Counted from the first letter of the whole stretch, positions 38,346 through 52,962 are shown. The stretch: 63,447 bases of DNA, filler included, from Octopus bimaculoides (GCF_001194135.2; 4 parts of 4 records of this genome joined end to end with filler, not necessarily neighbours in it), one strand, 5' to 3'. Numbers and translations: made by a program. The notes: generated by a model not told the origin, from the sequence alone.

Positions 38346-39244
38346 ATTGCTTACATGAAATATATATAAAACATTAGCTTTTCCTTATAAGCAATGGGTG
38401 TGAAATTAAGCCAGGATGGGTTTGGCGGAGACGTCAGTTACTGTAAGAAATTGTGCGTCGGTACGCTTCCTTTCAAAAATAAGCGAAATATCAATTGAGA
38501 ATTTTTATTTTCCAACTGAATTTCTGAACGTATAACACACAAAATGCTATGCATAATAATTTGCATAATAACAGATTTGATTATATATTCGATAATAAAT
38601 ATAACATTTTTAATAAGAGGGGGTAACATTTTGAATTATCTTATACCTTTTCTAGAAACTCTCTACCTTAAATCGGCGTTCCATGCTTGCTTTGCCTTTG
38701 GATCTCAACACCTAATGGATTCGTAGAAGTGCCATTGTAATGTATGGCGTGTTTAGATACGTTTATTCAGAACAAGAGAATCTCATCCTTTTCCAGGTTG
38801 ACTACATCCGATTTCTTTTAGAAACAGAGGAAAAGCAAACAGGAAGAAAGTATGTGAAAGAAAGAAGAATTTATTCAATACAGGATTGGTACTTCATGTT
38901 TATGACCCCGAATAGATGAAGAGTAAAATTCTTCTCTCGTATTTGATCTTAAACCCCAAAGAATCAGAACAATTGTCGTAAATCAAATTATCGGATGCAC
39001 TAACGACTCTGCCTACTGACCGCTCGAGATGGGTGTTCCGTATCGCGTTTATTCCGGGTGAGAGGTGCAGTTAATTTAATTGATATACTATTAAGTATTA
39101 TATCATTAAACTTAGGAAAATTAAATACAAAATAGAGATCTATACATTGGGAACAATTTGCGTAAAAGAGATGTAACAAAATTCCGCCAAGTAATTTCTC
39201 TGATGGTCTAACATTTCTCTGAACACCTAAAGATAAATGTTCAG

Positions 39245-39420
39245 TTGTCGTTGTTGTTGCTGCTACTGCTTATCTCCAGAGTAACATTGATCAAGCGGGT
39301 CTGTGGTAAAAGCATTCCAGTTGTTAGAATCTGATTTCCTTATAGTTTTGCTGAGATGTATTGTCTGAGGCGTTTTCCTTGTTTTAAGATAGTAGATGTA
39401 GATTTCATGGATACATTACG
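39245..39420 (-). mobile_element. Probable SINE 3' part with (CAA)n-type tail
   Basis: (GTT)n run followed by ...ttgatcaagcgggtctgtggtaaaagcattccag...; recognised from memory as a dispersed repeat. Confidence 0.4.
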
Positions 39421-39961
39421 CAGCATGAACAATTCCGTAGTCACTCCCTAGTTGGCTCATGTTACAATTCATTGTTCAGGCGCCTCCGAAATATATACGA
39501 CATTATTCCACTCCCTTCATAACAATATGAATACTTGATCGGTTTTCAGAAATATCTTGTGTAAGTTGGCTTTGTTCCATCACACTGAGAATATATTTAT
39601 TTGTTTAATTTTGGTTTAACTAGTACATCACTTGGCATCGTATCAGAGCAGCATGAGACTAGTAAGAGACCTCAATTACTTTCTGTCAATCATAAGAAAA
39701 GCCAGATAGGTTTAAAACCTTAAAGCAAGGAACAAGTGCAAAAATAAAAACAAATAAAAATAAAGAATAGAGATGAATTTTAAAATATCGAAGCAAAATA
39801 AAAAAAAAAGAACAAGGAAAATAATATGAAATAAAACAAGAAAAGATGAATAAACGACGCCTGGAGATTTATAAACTGAAAGGCTATTTGGCACCCGAAA
39901 TACTTTCGAGATGCAATGTCTGAGTAGTTTGCTTTGACATAAGTTGATATATGAAAAAGAC

Positions 39962-39993
<32 letters not shown>

Positions 39994-40539
39994 ATATACA
40001 TACATACATACATGCATGCATGCATGTATATACACATGTATGTGTGTGTGAACGTATGTATGTATGTCAATATATGACATTAACATAAATATTTAGAAAA
40101 AAACGAAAGCAACTTTGTAACGAAATAAATATTGCTAAAAAAAGAAAGAAAGAAAGAAAGAAATTGAAAATATATAAAAATGATAAAATTTGACAGGAAA
40201 AATATTCTGTAAAAATAAATTTACAAAATTACAATGAAATGGATTTTGTTAAACTTGAACATAGAAAGTTTTCTCTATTTACTTAAAAATAATATTAAGA
40301 ATTCGGAAATATGCATTGCTATTTCACTTAGGTTTTTGCAGTACGCAATATATTTGATAGATATTTATCGAAATAGATCAACAGACTGCAAAGAACTGAT
40401 CTGAAGGATACTGATGGTTCTTATTTAGGCACAAGTAGTGAAATTTTTTTATGGAGATACTTATTAATTTACATTGACACCAGTACTTTACTGGTACTTC
40501 TTTTCACCCAGACGTATGGAAATAAGGATATATTGATAA

Positions 40540-41010
40540 GAGTTATATTTGAAGCTACATGTAAGGAAAAGATCATGACAGGGATAGCGATGGCAAAGTA
40601 TCCATAGAAATGCTTGCTGACATCTGGAGTAGCTATAATGTCCCAAATATAAGGCAAGGCTAGTGGGGGCGTTCTTTTGGCCAAATAGACATTTGCGGTT
40701 GCGAAGTATGAATTTTGAAAGAATTTGAAGAGAAAATAATCAATGCGTTTGAAATGTCGATGTATAGGAGAATGCTAGGGGACTATTACATGGACTATTG
40801 GGAAACTGAATGTGTATTACAACAAGGAGCTGAGCAACAACTCCTGAACATTGAGAAAAAATCAAAAGCTCATCTATTATAGTCATATTCGAAGAAACAG
40901 ATGTCCGGAAAAATAAGCATAGAATGAAGAGTAGAAGAACGCAACGGATGGACAATATCACGAGTTGGTTGGACACATTGGCAAGGCAGCTGAAAAACTT
41001 TCGTTTTAGA
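40540..41010 (+). mobile_element. RTE-clade LINE relic (RT C-terminal region)
   Basis: Fragments across frames: KIMTGIAMAK, EEKIINAFEMSMYRRMLG, KLIYYSHIRRN, RRTQRMDNITSWL. Confidence 0.7.
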
Positions 41011-42669
41011 GTCGTTACGCTCTGCAGACGTCCGATACATGACGACAATGATATTATGACAAAATGTAAAAGGCTGTTACTCAACATTCCAAGGTACCTT
41101 GTGCAACACAATGACGATTCTACTAAGCAATCGCCTTCATATTTTGATACAAGTTGATTTCCTCGATAGCAATATATGACTGGAACTTAATTTTAACGAA
41201 CTCAAAAGGATGAAGCGCAAAATTTGCTACGTTAGGATTTGAAATCAGAAAGTTAAAAGCCAGGACAAATACCGCCAATCACTCCTCCAGCACTTAAACG
41301 TTTCTGCCATTCTCCTACTCCGCATTTTGTAACAATAGTAGGAATTAATTAACGTTACTAAATGGGTATGCATTTTGGTTAATGCTAAATTTCAGTAAAT
41401 GAAAATCGCTGCTTTATCTTCCAGGTCTAATTTTCACACGGCAGATTTACTGTAAAAAGTTTCAGAGATATCTTTCATTTCCGTCTCTAACATCATTATT
41501 TAGGACTGCTTTAACCTACGTATTCCTCCATGTTCGGTACATGGGTGAACTGAGAGAAGTTCGTCTGCCATGACTACAATGTCGAATGACTACGCTCAAT
41601 ATCTTGACTTTATTGCTGTTTATTTGGGTAGTAGAATTAATTTGTCATTCAGTTTTACATCACTATCTGCTGCTCCAGTGCTTTTTCGCACTGTTATAAT
41701 ATTCTGCGTTGGAGATATTTCCCCTTTTTTACCTTCTATAATTTTCTAAAGCAAAATTGGAACGATTAATTGATACTACTTTACCGTCTGAATTAGCGAT
41801 AGTCTCAATTGTTCATCAACCGCGTAGATAAAGATCACTCACACTCTGCTCATTCGAGTTTTAATTATTTTGACTGCATTTCAACGGTGAAGTGACTTGT
41901 TCCTCTAATTACAGGTGTAACGTTCATCAACAAAGTTAATTTATTTACTAAATTTATTCTGTTATCCACTTCACTAATACACAATATGGTTGTCTGTTAG
42001 GACGATGATTGTCTGATAACCATTAATTATATATTTAGTTTTCTGTTTATCTTCTGTTACATTTTGTGTTGCAAAGGGTGAACGTATGTCTTGTATTTAT
42101 TTGTATTGGAGATTATTGTTGTATGCTTCAAATGTTTGCTTCCACATTTCATGTGAATCGTTTGATTATTGTCGTTATAGCGTTGTTTTCTTATTTCTTT
42201 ATGATTATTGAATGAAACTAACTTAAATACAATATTATCAGCAAAAACTATACTATTCCCATTTGTTTTGAGTTTAGTTTTTGTATTTTTTATAAAATAT
42301 TGTTACCATTGTCACTTATTTTTCCTTGTTCTTGTGAAATATTTTCAAATGGTCACCAACAACGAAATAATTTACAAAGGCCATTTGGAATATTTCCAGA
42401 AAAATCACGTCTTCGTGACTAACGTCTACGAAAAGGAAGCAGAAATTAAAAGAATAGAGAGCGACATAAAATAAAATAAAAAATCGAAATTAAATAGTCT
42501 GTAATATAAATAAATAATTGAACAATAGTAAAAATTCACGAGTAATTACATCTTTTGTGTTTGATATAATCTGCTCAAAATATTGTAACGTTTATTATAA
42601 CATTATATGTAGTGTATTTGAAATAAACATCTTGGTGACATTTCAACGATCATAATAATAATGGTTTCT

Positions 42670-42900
42670 GATTTAAGCAGACGGTAGATTGCATTGAGAA
42701 TAGCAGGTTAGTAATATTATTGGTTCTATTACTTAAAAGGTACTTTATTTATCGACCTCAAAATTTTGCGGAAGGAGTGTCGTCAGTTACACTGACATTA
42801 GTGCTCAACTAGAACTTAACGAAAGGATAAAATCAAAGCTGTCGGCGGAATTTGGATTCAGAAAGTAAAGAGGGACGAAATACTGCTAAGCGATTTGAAT
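42670..42900 (-). mobile_element. Degenerate SINE family B
   Basis: ggtactttatttatcgacc...aaaggataaaatcaaagctgtcggcggaatttg. Confidence 0.7.
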
Positions 42901-43004
42901 TGTATCGTCGCTCAGATTTACCCCATGAAAGTCATCGCTTTTGCCCACCGCTAATTATTTATAGAACACCAACGTAGATGTTCCATTCATCATTTTACTC
43001 AACA

Positions 43005-43161
43005 AGTAGTCGCTGTGTGGTAAGTAGCTTGCTTACCAACCACATGGTTCCGGGTTCAGTCCCACAGCGTGGCACCTTGGGCAAGTGTCTTCTACTATAG
43101 CCTCGGGCTGACCAAAGCCTTGTGAGTGGATATGGTAGACGGAAACTGAAAGACGCCCGTC

Positions 43162-43209
<48 letters not shown>

Positions 43210-43428
43210 ATGTGTCTGTGTTTGTCCCCCCTCCAACATCGCTTGACAATCGATGGTGGTGTCTTTATGTCCCCGTATTCTAGTAATCTAGCAAAAGAGT
43301 CCTATAGAAGACGTACTAGGCTTACAAAGAATATGTCCTGGGGTCGATTTGCTCGACTAAAGGCGGTGCTCCAGCATGGCCGAAGTAAAATTACTGAAAC
43401 AAGTAAAAGAATAAAACAATAAAACAAT
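43005..43428 (+). mobile_element. Near full-length SINE family A
   Basis: A box-like tcgctgtgtgg, B box ggttcagtccc (43053-43063), CORE-like accttgggcaagtgtctt, internal (TA)(TG)n, LINE-like 3' end and A-rich tail. Confidence 0.92.
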
Positions 43429-43995
43429 CAGCCACTCTATCTGGCTCTTGCCTTGTTCCAGGAATGCAGTCTTCTTAACATCAGAGCCTGCAGAATACAC
43501 ATGTAATATAAAGCCACCCCAGATGTTCATCGCCCCAAAACTTGCTGTTACAGCCACAGCGTTTGCGTGCATCGTACCTAGTCTTCTAATCAGCGAATGT
43601 TGACAGAAAAAAACCCCGCCTAACTAGGGAACCGGGTCCCTACCACGAAAAGTGGATGATTACATTCATTTACATGTGAAGAGAAACAAGGCATGCGAGT
43701 CAGTGTTTAGTACATGACAGAGGTGAGATTGGCGTTCGTGGACTCTGCTCACTTGAGTTTGTGATATCCAGAAAGTGAACTGCATGAACTTATGTTCATA
43801 CCTCAATTGGCTCCTACATTGTTTGATGCCTGTTAATCGATATATCAAATATTTTAATGCACTCATCATGTAAGGAATAAGAACTTCATTTCGTGCATGA
43901 ACACATGAAATTATGGATATTTTCATGCTCTTTGGGTTTTATTTGCTGCTTTGTGGCTTCGTGGCTTCGTTCACATATTTTCATTCTTTGAAGTA

Positions 43996-44042
<47 letters not shown>

Positions 44043-45381
44043 GATGTATGTATGTGTGTATACGTGTTTCTGAATAGATATATATAAGTGCCTGTGTATG
44101 TATGAGTGTATATGCATGCATTTATCTATGTGCGTATCAGTGTATATTTTGAACTGAATCCAATTCTCAAATATGTCGGAACGACATCATTGTACTTAAT
44201 TCTCGGAGATCCCACCAAAATATGAGTTGTTCGCCTATTAGAACTTTTGCTATTAATTTCATGCAAAATCTATTATGCATGTAAACATTTTCTTTATTAG
44301 GAAATTGCTCTTTGGTGTATCAATTGCAGCTCGTGTTTCAATCCATGCAATATGCTGTTAATGACTATACTTTACAATCTAAACAATATTTCGTGCTAGG
44401 TTAAAAAAAAAAAACATCGTAAAAAAATCTAAATCCCACAATGAAACGACGAAAAAACAGTCAATGTATTTTCCCATGTATCACATGCGCTGAAGTAAAT
44501 TTTCTCTTTGTGCTGTACTTTGAATTAAAACATATATCCCTCACAATATTATTACCATAAATGTATTACCTCAATATAAAAATGCAGTAGCAAAGTGAGG
44601 CTGAATACATGTTTATATTGTTGCATAGCTAAGCTATTCAATAATTTATAACGTGGCATATTTAATTGCAAACCTTATGTAGACATATGATTAGAGGAAA
44701 GTGCCTAAAATTAATTACATGAAAAACTTATTACACGATGTCCTCTTTCACCGAGTCCTCTTGACAGCATATCTGGAAGAAAAAAACCTCTAATTATTTT
44801 GATAAATCTAGCGTGCAAATAAGTTGCTTCACTTCCATAAAACAAAACCAGATCAAATGCTCTTCAAGCAACGTTTCTACTACTACAATAGTGATTGTTA
44901 ATTTGTGTGTAAAAATTTCACTAGTGTACTGGACGGCAATTAAAACATATATGCATCCCTAAAGGAACTTTTACAATTGCCGTATATATTTCCTGTCCCA
45001 TTTATCGCACCTAATGCGTCAAACAGCGCAGAAAAGTGAACCGCTTCATCCACTTTCAATGAACTGGTAATGATGCTAGAGCGTGGGACTCAGTATATTG
45101 TATTTCGCTATGAAGTTTTCATCCATCAAATTACTCAATATAAATCCCATTTTGTGTGGTGTCGCATATTTTTTGGATCGTCATTGAAAAAATATGATTT
45201 GTGATGTTCAAAATTTAGGTAAATGCATCCCTCATCACAATTTGGTATCCTTATACATTTAGAAGGGACAATAACTCATTCCAAATTATGTTTGCAGCTA
45301 AATTAGCAAGATGAAACGTAATGTAGTTATATAAACATTAGAGCGTATTTCCTTATATTGATTTTGTATTTTATTAAAAAT

Positions 45382-45618
45382 TGTTGTGTCGACGCCCCCA
45401 GGCGAAGAAGTAGGATCTCCCAAGACATATAAATAGAGGTATTCTGGGCGTGGTAGAGTTTTGAGTAGCAGTCGAGTAGCTGTTGAGTAGCGGTTGAGTA
45501 GAAATCATTCGAAGGTGCTAGATAGCAGTAGCTTGAGACATAACAACAATAAAGGTCATTTTTACCATAATCTGTACGAAAGAATAGCATACCCTGACTC
45601 GAGGAATTTTTATCCACA
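45382..45618 (+). mobile_element. Probable solo LTR
   Basis: TG...CA ends (tgttgtg...ccaca), TATA-like tataaatag, four ttgagtagc-type repeats and a downstream AATAAA. No clean TSD was seen. Confidence 0.5.
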
Positions 45619-45936
45619 CTATTTCTTGGTATGATTCAATATAAAGTATAGAAGAAACTATATATTCTAATATTAAACACCAGTGTTCAAACGTCCCCGC
45701 TACTTCAAGATTAAGAAATAAGAGTATATATCACACGTTTAGCAATGAATTATTTTTATTGAAGGCTCTGAATTTATAATAGAATGACAAAATATTCAAA
45801 TTCTTAGAAGTCGGCTTTCAAGCGAAATATATTACAATGTGAAATATTTCACAATGATTCATTCATCTAGAAACGTTCATATTTTTCTAAGGCCTATGGA
45901 CATAAAGTATTTTTCATTGAATATAAACAAAGCAGC

Positions 45937-46120
45937 TACAGGCGTGGCCGTGTGATAAGACGCTTGTTTTCCAACCACATGGTTCTGGGTTAATTCCCAC
46001 TATGTGGCAACTGTCTTCTACTATAGCCTCAGGCCGACCAAAGCCTAGTGAGTGGATTTGGTAGACGGAAACTGAAAGAAGCCCGTCGTTATATATATAT
46101 ATATATATGTGTGTATGTGA

Positions 46121-46150
<30 letters not shown>
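45937..46150 (+). mobile_element. SINE family A, 5' half ending in the internal microsatellite
   Basis: Homologous to 43005-43210. Confidence 0.88.
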
Positions 46151-46151
<1 letters not shown>

Positions 46152-46294
46152 GAATACACAATTTTGTTAATAATTGTAAAGCTATGCACGTGCAGACCAA
46201 ATACTACACCCAGACGCATATCTCATATGAATTTAACGATAATTAAGTTGTCATTTTCTTTATATTTAATTCTCTTATTTTTCTTATATTTCAG

Positions 46295-46540
46295 TGAGTA
46301 TCCAGCCATACAGAAGCCTATTTATACGCATGCGAGAAGCACACTTATCAACGTTGCCATTAAAGACAGTGACAAATTCAAGCGTAGAAGATTGTGCTCG
46401 ACATTGTGTACAAGAAGTGACATTCGAATGTAAATCATACGATTACGACAATTTCGGACAAACATGCCGTCTACATAATTATACGCACCTGGACTACGAA
46501 ACCGTATTAATGCCTGGACCGCATGTGGATCATTACAGAC
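46295..46540 (+). CDS. Internal coding exon encoding one PAN/apple domain (host extracellular protein)
   Basis: Acceptor ttttcttatatttcag|, donor |gtaagt, 246 nt, symmetric phase 1. Translation ...LFIRMREAHLSTLPLKTVTNSSVEDCARHCVQEVTFECKSYDYDNFGQTCRLH...VDHYR has the C-x3-C...C-x-S-F/Y-x-Y...C pattern of PAN_1. Confidence 0.92.
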
Positions 46541-46653
46541 GTAAGTGAAATTTTAAAGTTTTTGCTTCTGTATCCAAATCAATATCGCAATTAATAGATA
46601 ACGGCATGCAGGATATTATATATATGAAAGAGTCACATTAATCTATTTCTCTG

Positions 46654-46711
<58 letters not shown>

Positions 46712-46724
46712 TCTCTCTCTCTCT

Positions 46725-46759
<35 letters not shown>

Positions 46760-47802
46760 TTCACATGTATATACAAATACACACACAAACACATATATAC
46801 ATATATATACACACACACAAGCACACATAGGTTGATTAACTGATATAGTCTATGAACAGAGAAGGATAAAATAAATACTAGTGCAATTAATGATATCCGC
46901 ATAATTGTGTAAATACTATAATGACTACAAATATAATCACTAGAACGATGAATATGTTATTAATCAATGCATCAAGGGTTATAGTTTGCATGATATATAT
47001 AAAATATCCATATGTTTATACAGAGAGACTCGTAACTCACAATATCCCATGAATTCGTTAATGGCATACGGTTCCATTTATTACAGATATAAGCAAATAT
47101 CTACATGACGCCGAATCATGTGAACTAGTAGATAATCTAAGATGTCAGATTGTTGAAGGTTATTACTGTTTATTGTTATTTAACACCTTGAAATATGTGG
47201 TATATAAACTAGATATTGAATTCACCATGAAAGAGAGTGTGCGTAATATTGGTTACCTAGGGATAAAAGATGCCATTCGTGTTCAAAACAGGCAGGCCAA
47301 TAATTAGCAAGACAAAATTGAATGAGTTTGAGAGGATAAAATACACCGCTACACAGTCTTCGGCCGAAATTTTCTTAGTACCTCTCATCTCATATAGATA
47401 CGAATCCTCCATAATCCAAGGGTTTTCTGAAACTATTTGGATGAGGTTTTTAACGTGAATTATCAACGTTAGCTAAACATTGGTGAGGTATTATTTCAAC
47501 ATGTTTGGTATCATTTATTTTATACCTAACTTTCAGCACAAATTGCAATTAGTTTAACAATATGACTTTCCATATGTTCGTCAATGATTCAAATATGCTT
47601 TACTCTTAGACACACACACACACACACACACACACACANNNNNNNNNNNNNNNNNNNNNNNNNNNNNNNNNNNNNNNNNNNNNNNNNNNNNNNNNNNNNN
47701 NNNNNNNNNNNNNNNNNNNNNNNNNNNNNNNNNNNNNNNNNNNNNNNNNNNNNNNNNNNNNNNNNNNNNNNNNNNNNNNNNNNNNNNNNNNNNNNNNNNN
47801 NN

Positions 47803-47835
<33 letters not shown>

Positions 47836-48540
47836 TGGGGGTCGTTTTCAAATTCCTATATTTTTCTGGATTATCCTGTTTCCTTTGCAGAAAATAATTT
47901 GTATCTGTAAACTTTGGAGACAGAAGGATAACATTGATCATTTTCGATGTTTTTGAATCAATTCCACATTTTTTTCCTATCTATCAGATTGAATTGGTTG
48001 TCAGCAAGAAAACAAATATTTCATGATTTTCTCTCTCTGGATTTTCTTGGCCATTGGAATGACAATCACTAATGCAAATTATATATACTTATTTCAGTAA
48101 TAGCAGTGTTTCAAGAATATTGTTTTCTCTATCTCGGCACGTGTATCCAATTGTCGAGGACTGAATCAAGCCACATGATTTTGCGTCATAACGTTTGTAT
48201 TGACTTGTGTACATAACATCGTTTTTCCTATACATAGTTCCAGTAGATGTTCTCCAATATGCTAAAGTAAAGGTACACCACTCAAGCTTCCCCATAGATT
48301 ATTATAACTGCTAGTGTCCACTGAGGATTGGTTCTTGTACACATAGATGATGATTCTTTCACTGCGATTGCAAATAACTACTAATGAATTTCATTTTAAA
48401 TTTTACTCTTCATAATAATAAGTAATTATGAGATTTCATACTTAGAAATAACAATTTCTAACATAGGTAGAGAAAATTATACAAATATTTATAACGGAGT
48501 ATATAGGTAGAAATTGATAAAATACACGACTAATACTTAC

Positions 48541-48625
48541 AAAAAATACCAGCTGAACGCTGGAGTCGATGCAATTGACTAGCCCCCTTCCCCATAACTT
48601 TCAGGCCCTATGCCCATAATAGTCC
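48541..48625 (+). mobile_element. SINE family B 3' fragment identical to 49394-49474
   Basis: 81-bp exact match. Confidence 0.85.
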
Positions 48626-49329
48626 GGACTATGAGGAAATACAAATTGACGTGGTTAGAATTGAAACCATACAGACAACTATAAACGATATAAAAATAAA
48701 ATAAATAATAAACAATTGTCTTCTAACGTGATCAACTTTCTCATCTACCTCCCTTCCGATTAGTACTAATTAAAATCATTAATAAAGTTACATCTTCATC
48801 TTCTTGCATTAAAAGTTTTAAATACTGGGAAAAAGAGTTGAGCTTCGACGTAATGATGAAGAAGTGACGCTAACATGAACTGGCGAAACTTATTTTCGTA
48901 AAAGAAGGTGGGGAAAATATTCTACAAAGTTTGTACAAGTTATTTTGACAAAGGCAAAATGATATGATACCAATCTTTTCGCCGTCAAAACTTATCATTA
49001 CGATAGGTTGACGTCATCTTCCATGGTTAGGACAGTGGTCTAGCAGATTTTATGGTACATTTTAGACGTCAAACATTTTGTTGCGAGGTGGGTTTTGGGA
49101 AAGGCATTGTGTTTCGCCAATTATTGTAGGCATTACTTTTGTTTTGAGCATCGATGTTTGTCAAAACAATAACACTGCATTTTAACAGCGATCAAAGGTG
49201 AAACAGAACCTCAAAGGAACACACTTTGGTTTTCATCTCTCCGAAGTCGATAATATAAAGTACCACAGAAGTAATGGCGTCGATGATATCGCTAACTGTT
49301 GGACAAAATAACTTACATTACTTATACCG

Positions 49330-49482
49330 GGACTTTACATCTTCAGATACAATCCCACCGAGTAAACATTACCTTTCATCCTTTTGGGTAGATAAAAAAT
49401 ACCAGCTGAACGCTGGAGTCGATGCAATTGACTAGCCCCCTTCCCCATAACTTTCAGGCCCTATGCCCATAATAATAATAGA

Positions 49483-49540
<58 letters not shown>
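49330..49540 (+). mobile_element. SINE family B 3' part with (TAA)n tail; another copy at 49600-49735
   Basis: acctttcatccttttgggtagataaaaaataccag...gtcgatgcaattgactagccccc...(aat)n. Confidence 0.8.
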
Positions 49541-49541
<1 letters not shown>

Positions 49542-52500
49542 GGCGAGAAATTAGCGTAATCCTTAACATAGAAGACAAAATGTTTAGCAGCAGTTTCTCC
49601 CTCGATTTTGTCCCCGTCATCCTTTCGAGGAAATAAGTATCAGTTATGTACTGATGTCGACATAATCCATTAGCCCCTTCCCTAAAATTTCAGAGCTTTT
49701 ACCTTTAGAAGAACGGATGATTATTATTATTATTGTCCTTGTTATTGTTGTTGCTTCTTATTTGATTTGGGTAACTTTGTAGTAACAGATTTTCTGCACG
49801 TGTAGATGCGTTCATTAGTGTCTAAAATAGATAAAAATTCAGTCTTTTAGGCGGTAAATTATTTTTAAAGGTTTCAATGGGTGTTGATGGGGTTGTTGAT
49901 GGCGAATATATACTAAAATTAAAGGATACGTGAACCATCGCTTAAAATAAATAGTTTTCGAATACTATTTGAATGCGAATCTCACTGAAAACAATATTAA
50001 CCCATTTTAGCGTCAGGTGTTGCCGACTGCCTCATCATTTTCAAATATTAGGAGACAGACATTTGAGAGAAACAGAAAAATAACTTAGAACGCCAAAAGA
50101 AAAAAATGAAAACAAAATAGAAACAAGACTGATAAGAGAATGTGCGAATCCAGTCAGAAGCTAAACAGGGCAAATCTGCTCCATGCATTCTCTCCTCTAA
50201 GAGTGGATGGATCTGAAACAAGGGAATATGGGGACATTTTGCTGATTAAGAAAGAAATGAAATTCGATTTTGCTGACATTTAAGTTAAAGGTTGCTGCTA
50301 AAAATTAAAGAAATAATGTACCAAGAGCTGAACGTGAACGTTCTGGAGGACATGACAGCGACTAAGACCTGTCAAACGCAAGGAACGATCAATGTCACGC
50401 AAGAAATCCACTACATATATATATAAAGTGTAATTTAACTACGTTTTCTTACCAAATAGTAATATGGCCACTTAATACCTATAGCAAACCAATGGCCGAT
50501 TCTTTGTATACTCACTCTATCTACATATGTCCAGTTCCACATGATATATGATTTTTTTGAAAAAATATTACTGCAAAAATGTGACCAAATTATCATATTC
50601 ATAAATAATATTAATAACAGTATGAATATTAATGCTATTACTTGTTGTAAGTGGATATAGCATAAACAATAGCATAAACAATAACAATTATATATGCACC
50701 TTGGCAGAGACGTAGACAACAACACAAACACACACACACACAGACACACGCACTCACACACACACGTTTATATGCGTGTTTGTGTGCACATGTGTGGGTG
50801 TTTGTGCATGCGTTTATGTGTTTGAGTGCGTATGCATGTGTGTTTGCGGGTGCATCCATATGCGTACTTACAATGCATTGGTCGTAGGGAATTGCGCAAT
50901 GGAAAAGGAAACATTTTCCTGACTAAACAATTTGTTGTAGATCATAATAAAAAATATATGAGGGACTGTTCAATTTATTGAATCTACATTAAGAGCTAAT
51001 GACTACTTACCCATAAGAATATTATCTATTATGAATCCGTGCATAATTCAAGTACAAATCTCATAATGACGAGGACCTCTTATACTGCAGTATCTCATGC
51101 AGTAAGATTCACATCCTTCCAACTAAATAGTTTTCGAGTCAAAGGCAAACCTATCATTCTAGCAATTACTTTATAGTCTCTATACTCTTCATCTCCATGA
51201 AATGTACTAAATTAGCTGCATAAAAATACATTGTCTATGAGTCCTCTGCGAATAACATTATATTTCCTACGTTTTCAATTTGTTTACATATTTAAAATAT
51301 TTTTGCCCTATTGCTATATTTATATCATGGGCGATTGTTCAAAATATTTAATTATCTCAAAAACATGTTTTTATTTTCTTGTCTGCATTAAAATATATGT
51401 CTGAAATGTTCGATAATTATTTCCATTTGTCTTAATTAATTTATTTTGTTATATTTACAAAATTCCTTTCCTTAGCATCAGTATGTTTCAATGAATTATT
51501 TTTTATACGAAAGGTGGATATTTTGAATTAAATTAAGATGATGCTTAGCAATTGCCCAAGATACACCTAATTAAATTTTTTAAAGAAAATACTTGGCAAC
51601 ATAATATTAAATTACTGGAAGAATCATTAAGACAAAACAAGCAGAAAATCTAAGAAATATTTTAATATCATTGAAATTTTGAGAAGTATTAATAGTAAAA
51701 AAAAATGAGTTAAAATAAATAATTAGTTAAAAATCGAATTCCAAATCAACAAGATGCCTGCCAATTTGGAAATTGTTCAATCACATCGTTAATGCACACA
51801 AGAAATATGTGAACGCCATTATTTTTTTCATTTCAGTTTCAGATATGATATTAAATTCTGAGATCTTCGTAATTTTGTAAAATTGGAAGTGAGTTAGCTG
51901 TTTCAGATGTTTTCAGTATGATTACGTTTTTCTCATTTCACCTTACCATAATGAATTATTTTTTGTAACTGCATCTAGGGCACCTATATTTAGCCTAGCC
52001 AAAGACGGTCGGCCGCATCTGATCAAAATTTGTGGATTCAGCACTCACAAGCTGTCAAAATACAAGACTGCATTATTGTAGTCTCCGCTGATGGGATGCA
52101 AAATAAGATCTTTCATATATTAATGATTTAACCATAAAAGTACTTCATCACAGTTGACGCGATGCGTTTAGTATGTTGTCAGTCAGAAGTCCAGTACTAT
52201 ACCGACTCGATAGCAGCAGCTATTAATAGAAATTTTAATGTTATAAAACTGTCGATGTATAACGTCTTTTTACTTAGTCTACTGCAGTAGAAAAGTCATT
52301 TACATCAGCTCTGTCATGGAAAAGAGAACTACGTCAGTAAGATACCGTTGGCAGTTGTTTATCCAGTATATTACCTTTTCCTATAGATTAAACACACACA
52401 CACACACACATACACTCACACCTTTCCTTTATCAATTTTAATATTGAAATATCAAGCTTATAAAGTCTACTGAAGAATCGGGAAATGTTAAACTTATCGA

Positions 52501-52734
52501 ATTAAAAAAAAGACATTTGATTTCAGCAAAAGTTTTTGCAACTTAAGATATTGATTTATTGAGTTATTGCATTGTCATGGCATTGCTGAAAGTACATCAG
52601 ACGGTTTAGCATACAGAAAGGATGTGCCACGGATATAGAAGTAAACGTGTTGCCTAAAAACTCACTGAAAGGAAGCTAAATAGCCAAAGAAGAGTGAGAT
52701 AGATCAATGAAATATGCAATTATTACTTCTTTTC

Positions 52735-52940
52735 TAATCTAGGCACAAGGCCCGAAATTTTGAGGACGATGCCAGTCGATTAGATCGACACCAGTACGCA
52801 ATTAGTACTTGTTTTATCGACCCCGAAAGGATGAAAGGCAAAGTCGACCTCGGCGGAATTTTAACTCAGAGCGTAAAGAGAAACGAAATACCGTTAAGCA
52901 TTTCGTCCGGCGTGCTAACGTTTCTGCTAACTCACCGCCT
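52735..52940 (-). mobile_element. Well-preserved full-length SINE family B
   Basis: Clean core atcgaccccgaaaggatgaaaggcaaagtcgacctcggcggaattttaactcagagc and head aggcggtgagttagcagaaacgttagcacgccggacgaaatgc on the minus strand. Confidence 0.92.
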
Positions 52941-52962
52941 TGATTAATAATATACAATTATT

